Assembly: GCA_010093605.1 (NCBI GenBank)
Contig: MU004183.1
Location: 1,178,001-1,242,000, forward strand
DNA: 64,000 bases
Source: Lophium mytilinum
Lineage: Eukaryota
Direction: 5' to 3'
Made by a program: the position numbers and the translations under genes
The notes under the pieces: generated by a model
The model's input: only the letters and a program-made list of their open reading frames with translations
Told to the model about the DNA's origin: nothing
Database searches by the model: none
Shown here: in pieces, positions 12,007-23,654 of the stretch
How positions within the stretch are numbered: the first letter of the stretch is position 1
Layout: every line of letters begins with the position of its first letter

Positions 12007-14641
12007 ATGTCGGCTACGCCCACCTTCTCGCCCCGTCTGCGCGATGCAGCGCCCCAGCTGCGCTCTAGTAGACCTACCGCTGCCCGTACCAGTACACCCG
12101 CATCTGTAGGCCAGGCATTACCGCCGATGCGGCCTCACGATAGTCGAACACCCGCCGTTATCCCTCCAACGCCCCAGACACCGAGCCCCAATTACTTCGG
12201 CCTGACGGTGGACCCCGCCGCCGACTGCTTCTCCTCGAGTGCTGCGCAGCACGTTCGAGGCAACTGGAGCCCTCCCACGTCCAACGTACGGTCCACTGTC
12301 GCCGCATCGCCCCGTGTGATCCCTGTTGATCAGAACCCCGAATTCGAGCAGTTTCGGCGGCAGTCTGAGAACAGCACGCAATTCAATCTGGGGCGTCTCT
12401 CCGATTTTAGTGTGGGCCAGCCGCCGACCTCGATACCCTCGAACCGTACAGCCTTCTTCGCGGCAGATCCCGCCCCGTCCCCGAAAACCGCTCCCCCAAC
12501 ATCGCCGAAAGCGTCGTCAAATACTGAAAGTGGGAGGGCAGTAGGCCACCTTGCGAAACCCCGGTCGCCCAAGCGTCTGCTCTCCTCCGATTCATCACTC
12601 TTCCCTGATCGCCCCCGACGCAACTCCCCCGCTAGTTTTACCGATGAATCGTCACGATCCGGAGAGGAAGCCGCTTTCTTAGACGCAGGCCAGCAAAGGC
12701 CGTCCCTCCCCGCGTCGAAATCTCACCTTGCCTTTTCTCTCTCGCACCACCGGGCCGAGACCCTGCCAGCTCATCCCGAGTCTGATGGCAAGGTCCAAGG
12801 TCCAGTCTTCGTGACCCCACAGCATGTAGTGAACCTTCTGGATTCGGCAGAAGACGAGATACTACTCCTAGATCTGCGTGTTTCTACGCAGTATGCACGC
12901 TCTCGGATTGTAGGAGCCTTGAGTCTCTGTATCCCGACCACTCTCCTCAAACGAGCCTCTTTCAACGTTCAGAAACTTGCCGAGACTTTTAAAGATTACG
13001 ACCACAGAGAAAAGTTTGAAAGGTGGAGGAGCAGCAAGTACATAATAGTTTACGACTCCGACTCCTCACAATTGAAAGACGCCACAGCATGTGTCAATAC
13101 TTTGAAGAAATTCACCAACGAGGACTGGAAGGGCAGCTCTTATATCATTCGGGGTGGCTTCTCCGACTTCTTCAAAAAGTTCCCATCACTTGTAGCAAGC
13201 GATTCGTCCCGTGGTTCGACGTCTTCGTCATCGCCTCTCAGTATAGACTCTAATGGGCCCGCCGTCGCGCCTGTCGTGGGAGGTTGCCCTCTGCCCGCTA
13301 CCCAGAACGCCGCGAATCCTTTCTTTGGAAACATCAGGCAGAACATGGATCTCATCGGCGGAGTGGGCCAGATGCCGATAAAGCACCCTGCGGCAATGAC
13401 CGCGCAAGTGGAAGACGAGTTGCCAAGTTGGTTGCGGAAGGCAGTGGACACACACGACAATGGGAAACTCGTATCGGACAAGTTCCTACAAATCGAAAAG
13501 AAAGAGCAGAAAAGAATGCAAGAGGCATTATCCAGCAAAGTAGTCTACGGTACTCCGACCCCTGACGTTGTTAGTGCCGTACGGATTGCGGGTATAGAGA
13601 AGGGGTCAAAAAACCGTTACAACAGCATATGGCCATATGAGCACTCCAGAGTCAAATTACAGGGTGTCTCCGAAGGTGCTTGTGATTATGTCAACGCAAA
13701 TCACGTCCAGGCCACTTGGACGAACAAGCGTTACATCGCAACACAAGGTCCCCTACCTACTACCTTCAATGTCAGCTCTGCCCATCCAACAGAAGATATA
13801 TGTACTAACTAGTGTTTAGGACTTCTGGAATGTCGTATGGCAGCAAGATGTCCGCGTCATTGTTATGCTCACAGCCGAGCAAGAGGGAGGCCAAGTCAAG
13901 GCGCATAATTATTGGGGAAGTAATCAATATGGCCATCTGCAATTGAAGTTCCTTGGCGAGCACCGAGCATCGCTAGAGCTTTCCAAGATTCTTCGGCATA
14001 AAGACAGACCTTCGCTGGGTCAGCGGCGTTCCACAAATCCGCCGCAATTGGGAAGAGCACCGAAAGAGTCACCGTCCCCAAGCTCCGACTCGCCTTATGT
14101 CATCATCCGCAAGTTTACGTTATCGCACGCTGACCATCCGTTTGCGCGCATGCGAGAGATTACCCAGTTGCAATATTCGAGCTGGCCTGACTTCGGCGCA
14201 CCCGCTCACCCAGCGCATCTCCTTGGTCTCATTGAGCAATGCGACGCGGTCGTACGTCAGGTTAATGGCGGGCAGCCTTCAGGCCCGGACCCTCCCAACA
14301 GCCGGCCCGTCCTTGTGCATTGTAGTGCAGGCTGCGGCCGGACCGGCACCTTTTGCACTGTCGACAGCGTCCTCGACATGCTGAGGCGTCAAAGGCAAGA
14401 CCGCAACACGCGCCAAGGCACCCCGATGGATGTAGACTCAACACAGAAGAGCAGTGACTTCCTTGGTGGTTCGGGAATCAAAAGCAACGAGGAGGTCATG
14501 GACGAGAGGGACCTTGTCGAAAAGACGGTCGAAGATTTCAGGCTTCAGCGCCTTAGCATGGTCCAGAGCTTACGGCAGTTCGTGTTATGCTATGAAAGCG
14601 TTCTAGAGTGGCTTGTTGAACAACAGCCGAAATCCGCATAG
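12007..14641 (+). CDS. Protein tyrosine phosphatase with rhodanese-like domain (Pyp1/Ptp2/3-type MAPK phosphatase)
   Basis: Rhodanese-like LLLDLRV...IPTTLLKR, plus KNRY, DYVNAN, YIATQGP, WPDFG, VHCSAGCGRTG and QSLRQF motifs. Intron 13771-13819. Confidence 0.93.
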
Positions 14642-15147
14642 GTATGCATTATGGTTTTCTCAACGGCGACAGGATATTTTCATGAAGGTATGATGGGCAT
14701 GGCATGGACGGTTACGTTGGCCAACTCGTATTGAGTTTTCCTCACTCATTGGGACGGCGTTATGTGCTTCAGAACGCACCCAGCATCTTATATATGAAGG
14801 AAGCGCGGTCTTACACCAGTGCGAGGGTCGGTGTGAGACATGAAATGCATAGAATATAGACCCGGTGTCTTTCTCAGCTATTCGCCCAAGCTGTCTTTAT
14901 GTGTAAAACACAAGACTCGACTACGATGGAATGAGTACTGCGCGATGGATTGAAGGTCTGAAACTGAACTACTTCTACACGGTAGGCGTGAAATGAGTGG
15001 CACACTCTTCAACCGCGCTCTGTCTTCCGTACACCTGTCCGCCACTGCTTGAAGTCCTGCAACGAGTTTTCATGTTGCCTAAAGTGAAGAGCTTCTATCT
15101 TGTGTAGTTAGACAACTTGTAGCAACCCAGGCAGTGGCATACACGCC

Positions 15148-15265
15148 ACGCGTACACATCCACCGCGAGTAGTTTGAAATAAGAGTGCCGCCTTCATTCT
15201 GCCCCGCGTGTTCTATTCTATCCATACTCAACTTCATGTGACCGCGCGTTAAGCGAAGACGCGCT
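15148..15265. promoter_or_regulatory. Cluster of MCB-like (ACGCGT/CGCG) elements upstream of Nse1
   Basis: ACGCGT at 15148-15153, with further CGCGT/ACGCG cores near 15205, 15245 and 15259. MCB sites typify G1/S replication and repair genes in ascomycetes. Confidence 0.4.
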
Positions 15266-15566
15266 CCGCCTCGCGAGGACCGCCGCCAACCCCTCCAGTA
15301 GGTATTCTACGTTCACAATTCACAGTCCACAATTCTACCGCCGAACAAGCAACTGGGTCTCCTACTCTACAAAAGAAGCTTTTCCCGACAAAACGGCTCT
15401 TATCACAATCCACCTGCCGACATCCATCGTTCCTCTAGTTGTCCGAGATCAAAGTGCTGCTCGTAGAACGGAAGGAAGGGAGAGTTCCCCACCCGCGCTC
15501 TACCTCAGCTTGTCAAGGTCCTCTCGCTCCACTGGTATCCTCTTTTCTTCAACAGTCTTGTTGGCC

Positions 15567-16673
15567 ATGGCCGACGTAGAGGACCCTTACAACCACAGCC
15601 ACCGCGCATTCCTACAAGCTTTCCTTGCGCATTCCATCCTCACTTTTGAGGAACTAAAACCTATCTTGGCCGCCATTCTATCGGTGCACGGCAAGTGAGA
15701 ATGTGGCTAAGATAGTTCGTCCTTCTGACAATTCTCTAGATGACCGCGAGGTTCTCCCCAACGACATCACCGAGCCTGATGTCTCGACCTACTTACACAC
15801 GCTGAACTCCAAGCTTGCCCCAGTCGACTACGAGATACGACCAGCGCGATCTCAAAAAGACCATTCCACCAGCTATGTGCTCGTGAATCTGACCTCAGAC
15901 GCTGTCACCCAGCTTGCAACAACACACTCGCCGGACGAAATCGCCTTCGTGAAGCGGGTCTTGGACGCCATGTTCGAGACACATAATACGCGCAATCATG
16001 AGGTTATGGCTATCACAAGAATGCAAGCGCGTCACTTGTCTAAAGCTCCTCGCACCTCCATTGCCAACGAAGACGGCGGAACGCAGACTCAGAGTGTAGC
16101 TGCGCAAGGCCTCACACTTCCGCAAGCAGAGAAAATGTTGGACGATATGGTCGAAGAAGGCTGGTTTGAAAATAGTGCGGCAGGCTACTATTCCCTTAGC
16201 GCGCGTGCGTTGGCGGAGCTCAGAGACTGGCTCAGGGAGACATACAACGAAATGCCTGGAGAGGGCGACGAGGATGAGACTGTGATTAGAATCAGGAACT
16301 GTGAGGCATGTACCGAGATTGTGACTATTGTAAGTGTTTTGCGAGTCTACCCAATACAGACTGTACTCTGTTCAACTTCGTATGGCCCGTTCTCCACGAT
16401 CGCTAACCTGCTGCTCACCAGGGTCAGCGCTGCTCAAACCATGCCTGCGCGTGCCGGCTTCACGACATCTGCACACAACGCCTGTTTAGATCACAGGCTG
16501 CGAACGCGCGGCGGTGTCCAAAGTGTAAGGAAGAATGGACGGGTAAGGACTTCGTGGGCGAGAAAGCTGCTAAACGAAATGGCGGCTCCCGTCAACACGG
16601 ATCCACGGCATCCTCGAGGCAAGTCACTCAGAATGGAGCGAGAAGGGACAGCAGCGAGGACGACGGGGAGTGA
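15567..16673 (+). CDS. NSE1: Nse1, non-SMC subunit of the Smc5/6 complex (3 exons)
   Basis: N-terminal YNHSHRAFLQAF, LVNLTSD..TQLAT.HSPDEIAFVKRVLDAMF, and a C-terminal RING-like CEAC...GQRC...C..RLHDIC...CPKCKEEW. Introns 15691-15739 (GC-AG) and 16330-16421. Confidence 0.9.
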
Positions 16674-17099
16674 TAGAAGCTGCGGCATGTGCGCTAAGCT
16701 TCCTATTAGGTGTAGTTTTACCCTGTTGGTACTGAATATCAAGTCTGCACCACCTGTCACAGGATGCGTTTAGATCTGATTAGAGAAAGACCTTTTAGCG
16801 TGCTTGTAGTTTCCTACTTAGCAAAAGGATTACCATGTTCTATATAGATATGAGTTTAAAGCGTGTAGGTGGATAAATGGAAGTTACACCACTCCAATGT
16901 GCACAACAGGTGATTTACAAGACGTTAAGATAAAGGATGGAGTGCAATTCTATACAGGACATGACAGGAACGTGCGCAGATAGGGGTACAGTAAGCTAGC
17001 TAGCTAGAACAGAACATGAGCCGTAAGCTAATACTGTGACAATCTCTTGCTAAAGACTTTATAGCTAATCTATCTTTTATTAGAATCTAAGTCCCTTCT

Positions 17100-19385
17100 A
17101 CTACACCATTAACCGCATTAGAACATTTCTCCTATTAAGTCGCGTTGCTATTTAAGAATATAAAGGCTAGCTAATCTAGACCTGGCTGCGGATCATTAAG
17201 TATTGAACATTAGGATTCAGCCTATTAGCCCTAAGCAGCAGATCGAATCTCTAGAAGTATTCGATCCACATCGCCGTTGCGCACAGATCGGTATATAACA
17301 GCAGAATGTCGCCTAAGGGTGAAGATTCAGCCAAAGAAATACAAGAAATAAATAACGTTTCCGGTTACGGTCACTGTGGCGGCTGAGTATGGAACATCAA
17401 AAATCACACCCATGAAAATCGAGATCACCAAAAGAAACAGGAACCACGCAATCGCTCTAGATGTCATAGGCGGAAGGTAAAAATTTCAACGGCTTTGAGG
17501 CGCTGGGAAGATACCAGAATTTGTCTTTTCGCGCATAGGATATCCCGCATTTTGTCGTTGGTTGCGGCAGCCTACCGAGCCTGTTGAACTTTCTTAGTTT
17601 CGTGGTAAAACAAGCTTTGGATTTGTGAAAGCTGAAGGTCATATGCTCGACCGACATCTTCGAGGCATGTAAGGTCTGAAACTATGCCAATTGGAGAAGT
17701 AGGCCTGATAATTGATTTGTTACAATTATAAGTAATTGGATTTGGCGCCGCACTGTTTGTGTTTTGCTGATCTTGAGCTAGGCTGCGAGTTTTAGAGTAT
17801 GTTTCCTATTAACAATAAGAACAGGAACAGAATTATAATTCATTGTCATAGAATATCTCTGCAGCTGCAAGTAACGGCAGTATAACGAGAAGCAGTAGAG
17901 TAATCTGGCCAAAACTCATTCCAGTCTATATGAAGAGTATTCGAAATGCTCCACCGGAAGTACGCCACCTGAGCAAGCCCGTAGGACACCATCAAGATAT
18001 TTTGAGGTAATAACGAAAGAAATAAGCCCTGGTAGAAGAGTGGGATTATGGATTCTACTGAGTTTTTCGAGCGCTATACATCGATATCGCGAAGATTCTT
18101 CGGTGCTGCTGGTCTCATCTCCAACATTGTGCCACTCCAGTCTTGTTATTTGAGCCTTCCTAAACCTGAATTTCGCTAGCATCCATATAAAACCGTGGAC
18201 ATCTATGAATTAGGGATATTCGCCAGCTGTCCAATACGACCGTTCAATTTTCTCGGCATAAATGAAAATAAGTAACACTATTAGTAGGATCCAGAAAAAA
18301 ACCATCAGTCCAGAAGAACTTTTGCAGAATTCAACTCCGGGTTTGCCGTAGAACAAGCACTGAACCAGCATCCACGGTTCCAAAGGTCACAGTAGCATGG
18401 TGATAATGAAGCAGAATACAAGTACACCGAGAATCATAGCCATACCAAAGACACGCCAATTGCGAATTTTGCCATGGGAGATGAAGTAGTCCTGCAGACA
18501 ATCAAGTATTGCAAGGTGGGTGGTTGCTGAAAACCACACCAGGCTCAATGTAATCCTCCACTCCTGCACTGAGAGTGTACAAGGATTGGCCACGGCTGCA
18601 AGCAAACAGCCAGGCCCGTAACAAGTTGCTGATCGCTGAGCACAAGGATAAAGCGTAGCGTGGCCTCCTGCTGTTTCTCCCGAGGCAACCTTTGTTTTGT
18701 TGTGCAGGATGTTTTTTAGATGCAAGTAGTGTAAGCTTTACAATAGCATAAGCGTTATATCCTTACGTATAATAGGCTTAAAAGCCTTTTAATGGGACGA
18801 AACTGTAAGCGTTTAAACATGATACAATAAACGTTAGATAATACTATAAGAATATTAGAGGTATATTCTATAATACATTAAATACTATATATATACTCTA
18901 TTACTATTAATATAGAATAGAACTTAAGTAATAAAATTCCTATCTATCTATCTAACTATTCTTATATTAACTCTATACCTTTAATAAGTAGGGCTAGTTA
19001 TAGACTTTAAAGACTCCTTTAGAAAAAACTAAGTAGATAGATTAGACTATCTTAGAATCCTTAACTATTAAGATACTATTTAGGGAATAAGTTAGATAGG
19101 TATTTATATATAACTATAAATACAGTTATAATTACTAAAAGGAGAAAATAGACTAGAACCTATATATTTTATAGGGAGGATATTTAAAGGGTATACTAAG
19201 CGCGATAAAAGAAACTAAAAATAATATATAACTATAGCATAAGAAATGTAATTATTAACTAACATTCTAGAGGTAGAAAATTAGCAGGTTAAAAAATTAA
19301 TCTTAGCTTACTCTATTCTAATAATATCTATACTAACTTATACTAGACTCTATATAGAATAGTTAAGGCTTCTACTATATTCTAT
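17100..19385 (-). pseudogene. Pseudogene of a fungal multi-pass membrane hypothetical-protein family, split by a solo LTR
   Basis: Family motifs LSDQQLVTGLA / (frameshift) / LLAAVANPCTLSVQEWRITLSLVWFSATTHLAILDCLQDYF...RNWRV, and MSFGQI..LL..LPLLAAAEIFYD, with stops and frameshifts. A RIP-degraded 5' part (LxxS...DIxxI, intron, VLVYFLL) lies beyond the LTR. The 3' boundary is approximate. Confidence 0.7.
18730..18986 (+). mobile_element. Solo LTR with 5-bp TSD AGTAG
   Basis: TGTAAG...CCTTTAATA (RIP form of CCTTTGACA). AGTAG at 18725-18729 and 18987-18991. Confidence 0.92.
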
Positions 19386-20576
19386 TATTATAGCTTAGGT
19401 TTATATTTCTATTTAATACCACCATTAAGACTTAGAAAGTTACTAATAATAAGAGATAATATTTTGTAATCTATAGTAGAAAGGATATAGTAATTAGAAA
19501 GAGATAAGGGTAAGTTTTACTAAGTTAACTAAGGCTACTATAGGCGTAGCAGCAATATACTAGGTAGCTATAGTAAGGCTAAAACCTTTATTATTTTAAA
19601 TTATAAGATAATATAGTAGTATAGGCTAGGAAGTTATAATAGTAAGGAAATATACTTACTACCCTTAGAAGAGAGAGAGTAGAGAAGGATAGTCTTAAAT
19701 ATATTATATAAAAAATAAGACTATAGGTACTATACTATATAGAGTAGACTTTATAAGAAGGAAAGATAATAAATAATAAAGTACTTACCTCTATAATTAA
19801 AAAGAGGCCTAATTACGCACTATATACCGCTTATATATCTATACTAATATACTTTACTTTAATAAACCTAAGTATATAGAGGGTATTAGGAAAAAAGAGC
19901 TAGATATTTTATAGTATAAGTAGAGTAATAGAACCTTTATAATTAAAAAGAGTACTTAATTATATAATAATGCTAACCGGTAACTAAGAATTTCTAACTA
20001 CTAATAATTATTAGGAATTTAAGGGGCTAAGCTACTAGTCTAAGTTCTTTTAAGCGGAACTAGATTTACTTATAAAATACTTTACTTATTCTTACTAATA
20101 GGTAATTTCTAGATGCCGGTGGATAGTGTTAGCTCTATTCTAGGCTAATATAAAAATAATTTATAGTAGACCTAGGTAAAAGTCTAGTTAAAATATATTT
20201 AGACTAGATATAGATATAATTATACTAACTCTACTATAGGTATCTAATATTAAGTATATATATTTATTAGGCTAAAACAGAAATAGAATTTAGATAGAAG
20301 AGTATTAATTATATTATTAATCTATAAATAACTCTAATACTAGATAGGCCTTCTAAAGTAGGTAAAAACTCTAGTATTAATAATACTTATTAGATACCTA
20401 GCCTAAAACTAAGTTCTTCTTAGCTTTTTAATATAAGCTTAGAATATCTATACTCTAGTTAATTTATAGCGTAGGCTTAAACTATAAGTAGCTTACTTCC
20501 TTCTCTAAATTACAAAGGAAACTATCTATATATATATACTAGAATAATATATCTATAAAAATAAATTTATATCTAG

Positions 20577-20631
20577 TACTAAAGATATAAAGTTAGTATA
20601 AGTATAGATAAATAGATAGATAGATAGATAT

Positions 20632-20667
<36 letters not shown>

Positions 20668-20960
20668 GTAGGTAGATAGGTAGATAGGTAGATAGGTAGA
20701 TAGGTAGATAGGTAGATAGGTAGATAGGTAGATAGATAGATAGATAGAAAGGTAGAAGAAGCCTTTATTAAAGTATCTTTTAATATTTTAGTATATATAG
20801 CTTCTTAGCGCCTTCTAAAGCTTATAATCTCTATAAATATTATTTAATAAAAGCTATTTAATCTAGTTAAACCTATTCTAGCTTTTATATTTCCTTTTAT
20901 TAGCTTTTAATAGCGTATTCTACCCTTATAGCTACCTATATGCATATTATAATATATAGC
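20577..20960 (-). repeat. Compound (GATA)n/(GGTAGATA)n microsatellite (~20605-20748), probably within a highly diverged LTR relative
   Basis: Microsatellite read directly. It is preceded by 'tactaaagatataaagttagtataag', which resembles the reverse-complement LTR end 'tgtcaaaggtatagagttaatataag'. Confidence 0.6.
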
Positions 20961-21193
20961 TAAAAGTTATAATTATACTCTAGGCTTATTAGACTCTATA
21001 TACCCCTACTTTACTATATAGCTAATATTAACCCTACCTATTATTTTATAGTATTTTTAACTATATATTTCCTTTCCTTTATATATATACCTATTCTATC
21101 TTTAATCTTTAAATTAGCTTTAAGTGGGCTTAGATTACTACTTTAGCGCTTAACTCTTATATATATCTATACTATATAAAAAGGCTATACAGC

Positions 21194-21215
21194 CTCTCTC
21201 TCTCTCTCTCTCTCT
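21194..21215. repeat. (CT)n microsatellite
   Basis: About 11 CT units read directly. Confidence 0.9.
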
Positions 21216-21374
21216 ATTTTCTATAAGAGTTTAGTCTATATATAGCTGGTTCTAAAGCTATTTATATAGCTATACTAAAGGCTATATATAAGGTAAGGCT
21301 TTAGAGTATAGTATAGAAAGGCTATTATAAAAAGGCTATTATATTATTACCTATATGCCTATAGGCCTATAAGC

Positions 21375-21639
21375 TATAAGGTTTACAATAGTATAAAAGC
21401 TATATCCTTACGCATAATAGGCTTAAAAGCCTTTAAACAGGACAAAACTATAAGCGTTTAAACGTAATATAATAAATATTAGATAATTTTACTAAAATAT
21501 TAGAGAAACATTTTATAATGCATTAAATGCTGTATATATACTCTGTTGCTGTTAATGTAGAATAGAACTCAAGCAATATAATTCCTATCTATCTATCTAT
21601 CTATCCATCTATTCTCCCATTAACTCTATACCTTTGACA
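21375..21639 (+). mobile_element. Solo LTR with 5-bp TSD TAAGC
   Basis: TATAAG (RIP form of TGTAAG)...CCTTTGACA. TAAGC at 21370-21374 and 21640-21644. Confidence 0.92.
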
Positions 21640-22250
21640 TAAGCATGCTAAAACCGTTATGCCCACACTTTAATTTAGCTCCTTTACAGTACTCCTAACG
21701 CTTCTCCATTGCCCCTGCCTCTACCAAGCATGAGAATAGAGCACCAAATGAAGTTCCGGGCCTTTCTGGCTAATCAGGAAATCAGACGGGAGGGGGGTGT
21801 GCGTGCAGAGATGACGGGTTGTGCGTGCAAAGGAAAGGGGGTTGTGTAGTTGACGCCCTTGTTTTACTACTTCTGTTACTATATTGAGGTAAGTTTATGT
21901 CCTCTATAGAAGTTGCATGCGAAACATCTTTATACAAGTGCTGTGTAGTGATCTTTCGCGCTCTTACTTAGCAGACAGGGTGGGGGACGGACAGACTATA
22001 GGGGAGGGTTATAGGATGAAAGCTTCAGAGCTTAGCTCATGCTTCTCCTCCTTGAAATTCTACTAAAAGACGGAAATCTCGGTTTGTAAATACAGTAAAG
22101 GAATCTCGTCCTTGATTCATATATAACCTCGCTGGCTGGGCCGTTACTCACAACCTCCCATTGTTCACAAGACCCAGAACACCCCTAATTCCACGCCAAT
22201 GCTATGCAAAATCCACGCTCTCATAGACCACTCATAAAGGCTGGGTACAG

Positions 22251-23241
22251 CTACCACATGTCCCCCATTGCTTCCAAGTCGGCCGCAAAATCGGCCGCAA
22301 ACTCGTCCTCCTGTGGTGTCGATAGCTTCGGAGGAGCTTTCGAAGGCATGCCCGAAGAAGTCCTCGTCGCCGAGACAGCCTCTATCGTCATAGCGTCCTC
22401 CTCCGCGAGCAGAGCGTCAAGTTCATCATCTTGGGGGGTCATGGGTCTCGCGGGTCGTGAGGCGACCTTCGGAGTATCCTTCGACATAGATTCTGCTTCC
22501 ATCATTATGGCGTCTTCCTCAGCAAGCAGTGCATCCAGCTCATCCTGATCGGGTACATCATCTCTTTCTGGGGTCGCACGCCTTTCCGATGAAATTATGG
22601 CCCCCTCACTTCCTAGATTTCGGTCTCTTGACACTGCAGCTAAGTTCGCCTCTGGTAGATTTTGGTTGGATGATTGATTTCTAGGCAAATCATATTCGAT
22701 GTCTTCATCTGACTCGGCAGTAGCCTTAGGCTTTCCCTCCTCTATCCAGACTTTCCGCATCATTTGTATTTGCTTCGAATGTCCAAGCTTCTCAATTATC
22801 GTGAGAGCATCGGCGAATTTTGCGCGAGGATAGAGATCGTCCAGCCAAAGCTGATACGTATTGAGGAGGCGAGCGACATCTGAATACTGCGGAACACATT
22901 AGCATATTACAGTGACTGGTGTCGTCGCATCATGTACGCACTTCGTGACCTTTCCCCTTGAACTTGAGGCGATCTTTGGATATCCTCCTTAGTTTGGGTA
23001 TGCCCGCAGGGGAAAGCAGCAATGGAGCGTCCAGTTTCGGAATTGGCTGTCTCTTCTTAACGATCTTGATCTCCTCATCAATCGCTGCATCCGCAGACGC
23101 TGCGTTTCCGTTGCCCGCTGTATCTCTTCGCGAAGCCTGAGCTGCAGCGTTCGCGTCGAGCTCCCGAAATGCTGCCTCCATAGCAGGATCATCGAGAAAC
23201 AAGTCGTCGAAATCATCTACAGGGGGGCTCTGTGGAGCCAT
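22251..23241 (-). CDS. CSM3: Replication fork protection complex subunit Csm3/Swi3 (Tipin), 2 exons
   Basis: Swi3 domain: PKLD..LLSPAGIPKLR...LKFKGKGHE|YSDVARLLNTYQLWLDDLYPRAKFAD...IEKLGHSKQ..MMRKVWI. Intron ~22941-22887. Confidence 0.9.
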
Positions 23242-23654
23242 TTTTACAACTCGTTCAACCTGTCTTTAGTTGCGTTGAAAGGGACTTCTTGGTGAGGACT
23301 TCGTTCGTCATTAATCGCATGTAAACTTTGGTGTTGGCGGAAACGCGCTGCGGAGGAAAGCGCGACTGACGCTAACACTAAAGCGAGCTAGCGTGTAACC
23401 TTAATCGGAACTTCCTTCACCTTGCTGCATAGAAAAGTTGTAGCAAACCAACAGACCGAACTACGACAAAACCCAATTCCTTCCTACCACGAGACCGATC
23501 GATCACCCATAGACCCCCCAATTACATTGTTCTCCTTTCCTACCTAGCATTTCTTCAACCGACCAGCGGCTGCGCCCGGTCATGCGCATCAATAGCTTCC
23601 CGTGATTTCACAGCAACCCCAGCAATTCCAGCATCATTTCCTCAACGCAGCGAC

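Larger units (their letters stand above)
18730..21639. repeat. AT-rich RIP island bounded by two direct solo LTRs
   Basis: Very TpA-rich, no ORFs; the compositional edges coincide with the LTR copies. Confidence 0.9.

Noticed and set aside
18730..21639. Full-length or TRIM-type LTR retrotransposon bounded by the two direct LTRs
   Set aside because: Each LTR has its own TSD (AGTAG; TAAGC), the outer flanks do not match, and no PBS, PPT or gag/pol is visible. These are two independent solo LTRs.
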